Below are positions 59,301 through 64,000 of a DNA stretch of 64,000 bases, piece by piece. Where the stretch lies: assembly GCA_964035545.1 (NCBI GenBank), contig OZ037773.1, positions 3,253,751 to 3,317,750 on the forward strand, in the 5' to 3' direction. The notes beneath the pieces are model-generated. The model was not told the DNA's origin, searched no databases, and saw only the letters and a program-made list of their open reading frames with translations. Source of the stretch: Bugula neritina. Taxonomy: Eukaryota; Animalia; Bryozoa. Numbering within the stretch: position 1 is the stretch's first letter; each line of letters starts with the position of its first letter. The translations under genes were made by a program, and so were the position numbers.

Positions 59301-61690
59301 AGATGTAAATGAAACTTGTTACTAAACTTAATAGGAAACAAAAAAAGAAAGTTTGTATCATCGGCACTTTTTTGTGCAGAAATTATGTTATAGAAAAGCG
59401 GTACAGTGTACAGTTTTGTATTTTTTCAGTCATCTAACGTGTAGTTGTCTTCTCTCAACCATTTAACGTTTTCCAATGTCTAGGTGGAAGAAAACAGAGA
59501 GTATCGACTGCATCGAGTAGCAGACGTCATAACTTCTAGCGACTATTCCACAGACCGCGGTGTCTTTCTCAAGACTCCTTTGAATGCAGGTCGGTATGTC
59601 ATCGTCCCAACGATTGAGAAACCAGGCCCTGCTGGACAGTTCTTCCTTCGAGTTTACAACAGCTGTGGAACTGTGGCTAAGTAAGCTGCAATTATAACAG
59701 TGTGCTGCCATAATGTTGGTTGCATGACGATTAGGCGTCAGCTTAAGTACTGATCAACAATTTATAAGAGATCATTATGTCAAGTGCTCACTTGGTTGAA
59801 GTTGAATTCAACTGTAGCTGCTGCACTTTTACCAAATCGTTAGAGCATACAACCCTCAAACACTCCGCAAATGATAGCCAAGATATATATATATCAATAT
59901 TTTAATAGCGCATAAATTTTAAGTGTGTCAGAGATTCTTGAACTGTAGCTAATGTACCTGTACTCGTCTGATCACCGAACATAAATGTGTACTAAACTTT
60001 ATTCAACATAATAGTATTCTATCACTTTTAGCCATATATAATAATTATGTTATAATCGTGGACTGCATGTAGACTGTTTGTTGCAGTTTCTAGCCTTTCT
60101 CGCTCAGGTAACACTTTATCATTTTAATGAGAAATTTGCTGCATGCTTCTAGCTATGTTCTGTTACAATATGATGCTGATTGTGTCTTTATCTTTGTATT
60201 TTGTGTTATATTTTGGTGCATATAATGCATGTGTGGGCATCTCTGCACCTTCTATCAATTGCTAGTCTATCATTACAAAATTTAAAATTCCCTGATTTTA
60301 CCCAAGATGGAGATATGCTCTGTGGCAGGAGAAAGCTGACAATTATGTGCATATATAGAGTGATTCTGCATGAAACTCAATAACATGTTTTTTGAGTATT
60401 TCAATCTTTGTTACAGAATATATTTCCGCAGTACACTAAATGGTATGTGGGGAAAAAATTTATCTCAATGATTTTAATGATACAATAAAATGACATCAGA
60501 CATGTGACTAGTAGTCTCGGTTATAGTCTAAACTAGATGCATTTTCCTGTTGTGTTCACATTGAATATTCGTACTCAGAGTATTTTTTTATTTACAGGAA
60601 ACATCACCATAGCGACCATTTTGTTTACATTACCTGGTAGGAATTAAGACAATACATTGTGTATGTTATTTTGTGCAGGGAGCTGATGAGAGACGAGCCA
60701 AACTCTTCCAAACCATGCTGTGGTTCTGCAGTATTCCTGGCAGTGCAACTCACAGTCACGCGAGCTGAAGATCTGACCAATGAGAAGCGAGGTAACGTAT
60801 TTCACTGTTCTGCTAACCAATCAGAACCTATTACAAGAGTTTGGGACTTAGTAATAATCAGGCAGTAATCAGTTGAGAGAAGACAATTGCCGAGTTGAAA
60901 CATTTTGTTTCTGTTATAGATTGAGATAAATTAAAATTGTGTAATTTATCCTAAATTACATCATTTTTACTTCTAAATCTCTTCTATTTTATATATATGG
61001 CTTTTTAGATTCTTACATAATACTTAAATATTTTATAAGATGTTTTTATGGTGTTAGGTAAACAAATACTATATCATAAATAATTAATTGCATTACTGGG
61101 TATCTTTAATTATATAGTTGTACTGCATATATGACTAGTAATATTATGTGACACTGTCTAGACGTACTAAACCCATTCTGTGTTGTCAAATGTGAGGGAG
61201 ATACTGTCAAGACTAAAGTAATCAAAGACTCTAGCAGCCCGCAGTGGAATGATAAGTTTATATTCTATAAGAAAGCTAATGGGGAGAGAAAACCAATCAC
61301 CCTCCAGGTATCTTGTTGTTGGTCAATAGAAAAATGCAATACAAACGCAAACTCATTTAAAATTTAATCAGTTTTAATTATGTAGGATTTATACCCACAA
61401 ATATTACAAGAGAATTGATATTTTTGCATTTAGAATTATTTGTAATTGTTAAGTTAGTCTAGCATTTAATAATAGCGTTAGTTGCTTTCTCATTTCAGGT
61501 GTTTAGCTCACAGACCTTGTCAAACACACCTCTGGGTGAAGCAGAAGTTAGTGATTTCTCTGACTCTGGAGGTCAAAATCTGACCCTAACTCTTCTTCAA
61601 AAGAGTAAGAAAAAAGATGTAGCAGACATTGAGTTACCAGGCAGACTGCATGTTCACGTCTGCAGCAGTGAAAATCTCTCGGAGTTCTAA
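53375..61690 (+). CDS. Calpain-5/6/TRA-3-type protein (CysPc, CBSW, C-terminal C2), about 688 aa, predicted catalytically inactive
   Basis: 13 exons: 53375-53530, 53680-53811, 54249-54451, 54879-55068, 55303-55420, 56277-56493, 57372-57559, 58061-58137, 58609-58746, 59484-59680, 60679-60791, 61162-61307, 61499-61690. Motifs [67 protein letters not shown]...PQWN; AATAAA near 61813. Confidence 0.93.
54025..54089. repeat. Perfect 28-bp inverted repeat made from the B-box half of family A
   Basis: taattttgcccccactgggattcaagcc (54025-54052), 9-nt spacer, ggcttgaatcccagtgggggcaaaatta (54062-54089). Confidence 0.92.
55451..55659. mobile_element. Possible MITE
   Basis: Imperfect inverted ends aatgctccgttcatatctcac / gtgagatacaaaaggagcatt; CpG-rich interior. 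Confidence 0.45.
56494..56910. repeat. 24-bp minisatellite with 48-bp higher-order dimers, starting at a splice donor
   Basis: gtttgctagtttcagtttaga followed alternately by actc or gctg; about 17 units. Confidence 0.93.
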
Positions 61691-62685
61691 ACTTCAGATG
61701 CAATTCATGGGTGTCCAAGATTTCCCAGTCTATAAAATTATTTTCGCTTTAAAGTGGGTCATCAAAAATTTATTGTTTTCTATACTTGTTCATTGATTCA
61801 GCTATTGTCTATAATAAAACATAAAATGATGGTATTTTAAGCTAGGACAATAAACTTTTGATGACTTTTTTACTGGATGTAATAATATTCATGTTTATAA
61901 TCACACTTCTTTTATGCTTGTCCAAACAAGAGTTCTGCTCAACTAATAAATATTACAAAATCTCGCATAAAAATAATTGTACTATAAAAATATTTTGTCA
62001 ACTTTTAAATCATTGTTTTCAATTTTGTACTGCGAGAGTAAAATTTTAAGGGGAGATTTTAGCCAAATATATTTCTTTTACTGGTTTATTATATATAACA
62101 ATATGTTTTTATGCTTTGTGTGATATTTTATTTTTTGCTGATATTTATTGGAATATAATGATTTATACTTGATAATTTAAGAATTATGCTATAAACCAGT
62201 CTAATATCGACATGCCACTGGCTCACTGCGTATGCTGCAGCATCGTAATAATTTAATATAATCTGCGTCTAAACTCTAACTCATAGCGACACCTCAAATA
62301 CGTGCATATAGGAAGGATTTGGCTGCACGGGTTGAGCTTTTCTCCGAGTCCACTCGGTGCCATGCTAGGTCTTTTTTTCAAGTAGGCTATAGTAATATTT
62401 TATTTTAAAAATTTTTTAACGTTAGTAGATGTATTTAAACTTGATTAAAATTATAACTCTGATTGAAAAATTCTATGTTTGTTACTTTGATTGAATGTAC
62501 TTTTTGGTGCATCACTTTTGGTTTCTTGTAATTGGGCGGGGAAACGTGTTTCAGCCATTTTAGTTGCTTACAAATTTTGCCGATTATCGATCGGACGATG
62601 AAATTGAATAGAGCTGCACTAACTCCAGCCCTATACCTATATTAATAATTGTATTTCACTCAGATTGGTCAAGTAGCCTAAGAAT

Positions 62686-63741
62686 ATGAGTGATGTAGAT
62701 TATTCCAAACTTAAAGTAACAGAGTTGAGGGAGGAATTGAAGAAAAATGGTCTGGATACAAAAGGGAAGAAAGAGCAGCTAGTTAAACGCCTGGAAAACT
62801 TTTTCGCTAGCGGCGGCGCTGGTAAATATTAGTTAATTTATAGTGTGATTCTATTTGTATGATATTCATTATTCGTATTTTAATAATAATTAATATTCAT
62901 AATAATGGAATTAAAACTCCCGTAGTCGTTCATCTTTTCCTTTGGGTTTTAGATGCTAGTTTAGGAGAAAATGATGCTGACTTGTCACAAAGTCAAAGTG
63001 ATGCTCCAAGTGATTTGGAAACATCAATGGCAGAAGAGAGCCAGCCACCAGCAGAGGCAGTTAAGCCTGCGAGTGAGGTATGCATTCAATATGAATATGG
63101 CAGTATTTGTTTAGAGGAAAACAGTTGATATGAAGCTGTTCTCTTTGCATGTTACTAAACCTTGACTGATGTACAAGTATCCTGTTAACTGTTAAGCCTG
63201 GCCAGCCACTCATTCAATTATGGGAGTTGTGTTGAATCTTCTAATTCAATTTCAACTATTTTCAGACTTTGACTGAGGAGCCAAGCGATACTGCGCCTGC
63301 TGTAGATGAAACACCAGCCGATGTTGGTGAAGCCCCAGCAGAAGTTACTGAAGCCCCAACAGAAGTTACTGAAGCCCCAACAGAAGTTACTGAAGCACCA
63401 GCAGCAGAAGTGACTGAAGCCCCAACAGAAGTGACTGAAGCACCAGCAGCAGTTATTGAAGCACCAGCAGCAGTTACTGAAGCCCCAGCGGAAAATCTTG
63501 AGCAAACATCTGAAGGGGTGAATGGAGTAACTGAGCCTGAGCCCATGGGTGAGTCTGTCTATCAGTATATCCGTGACATATGTTTTGTAGTGCAGGAACT
63601 TCAATCTGTTTTGATAGAGCTACTTTGTATTATCATCTCGTCTTGTTTTAGAGTCTGAAGAAACGGTAAAAGAGGCAGAACCTGCTGTAAAAGAGGAAGA
63701 GAATACTAGTACTGCAGCTGCAGGCGAACAAACCAAATCTG
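62686..63741 (+). CDS. SAP-domain protein, 5' part (hnRNP U-like or SARNP-like; truncated by window end)
   Basis: Exons 62686-62821, 62953-63077, 63266-63548, 63652-63741. MSDVDYSKLKVTELREELKKNGLDTKGKKEQLVKRL is a canonical N-terminal SAP motif, followed by an acidic linker with EVTEAP(T/A) repeats; GC box GGGCGGGG at 62534. Confidence 0.85.
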
Positions 63742-64000
63742 GTATGTTAGTTCTTATGATGATTTTGAATCTGCTCTCTGATCTTTTAACCGTTGGCTGC
63801 TAGCAACATATTGCTTCACCTTTACAGTTTTTTCAATTTAACTTATGTTGAGTGGCAACTAATAGGCTGCTGTTGGGACTTGGGACACATTTTTGCAGCA
63901 GTGGGCAACCAGTTCTAGTACAGAACTTTGAGCTAGTATTGGGCTGATAGTTGGGAATTCAAATTGGTGCCGTAGTGTCCCATTTTGTTAATTGAGGGGA

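Noticed and set aside
63218-63604. Antisense Cys/Trp-rich ORFs over the SAP gene repeat
   Set aside because: Shadow frames of the coding minisatellite; the plus-strand exon has proper splice sites.

Overview
AT-rich, intron-rich metazoan genomic DNA (invertebrate; a lophotrochozoan is my guess from gene content, not demonstrable here). Most ORFs in the supplied track are repeat artefacts or single exons, so I rebuilt the genes by hand from GT-AG boundaries with consistent phases. Left to right: (1) 0.4-8.3 kb, a cluster of small secreted cationic 4-Cys CxxxC-x14-CxC peptides (two-disulfide CS-alpha-beta/defensin-like) that the ORF track misses: one complete gene, one partial gene and 2-3 decayed copies; (2) a ~952-aa type-I membrane protein with multiple divergent CUB domains, one LDLa module and a GYDRL tail; (3) a divergent Ubl+BAG (BAG1-like) gene; (4) consortin (minus strand), head-to-head with (5) an ATF3/BATF-like bZIP gene; (6) a 7-exon rhodopsin-type orphan GPCR of the FMRFamide-receptor-like group; (7) a calpain-5/6/TRA-3-type gene that has lost its catalytic Cys and Asn and carries a CAPN3-IS1-like insertion; (8) the 5' part of a SAP-domain gene. 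Introns hold two tRNA-derived element families, several MITE families (one nested in a SINE), fold-backs and many minisatellites, several of which duplicate real splice sites. Gene models and family assignments rest on manual reading and remembered motifs; no searches were run.
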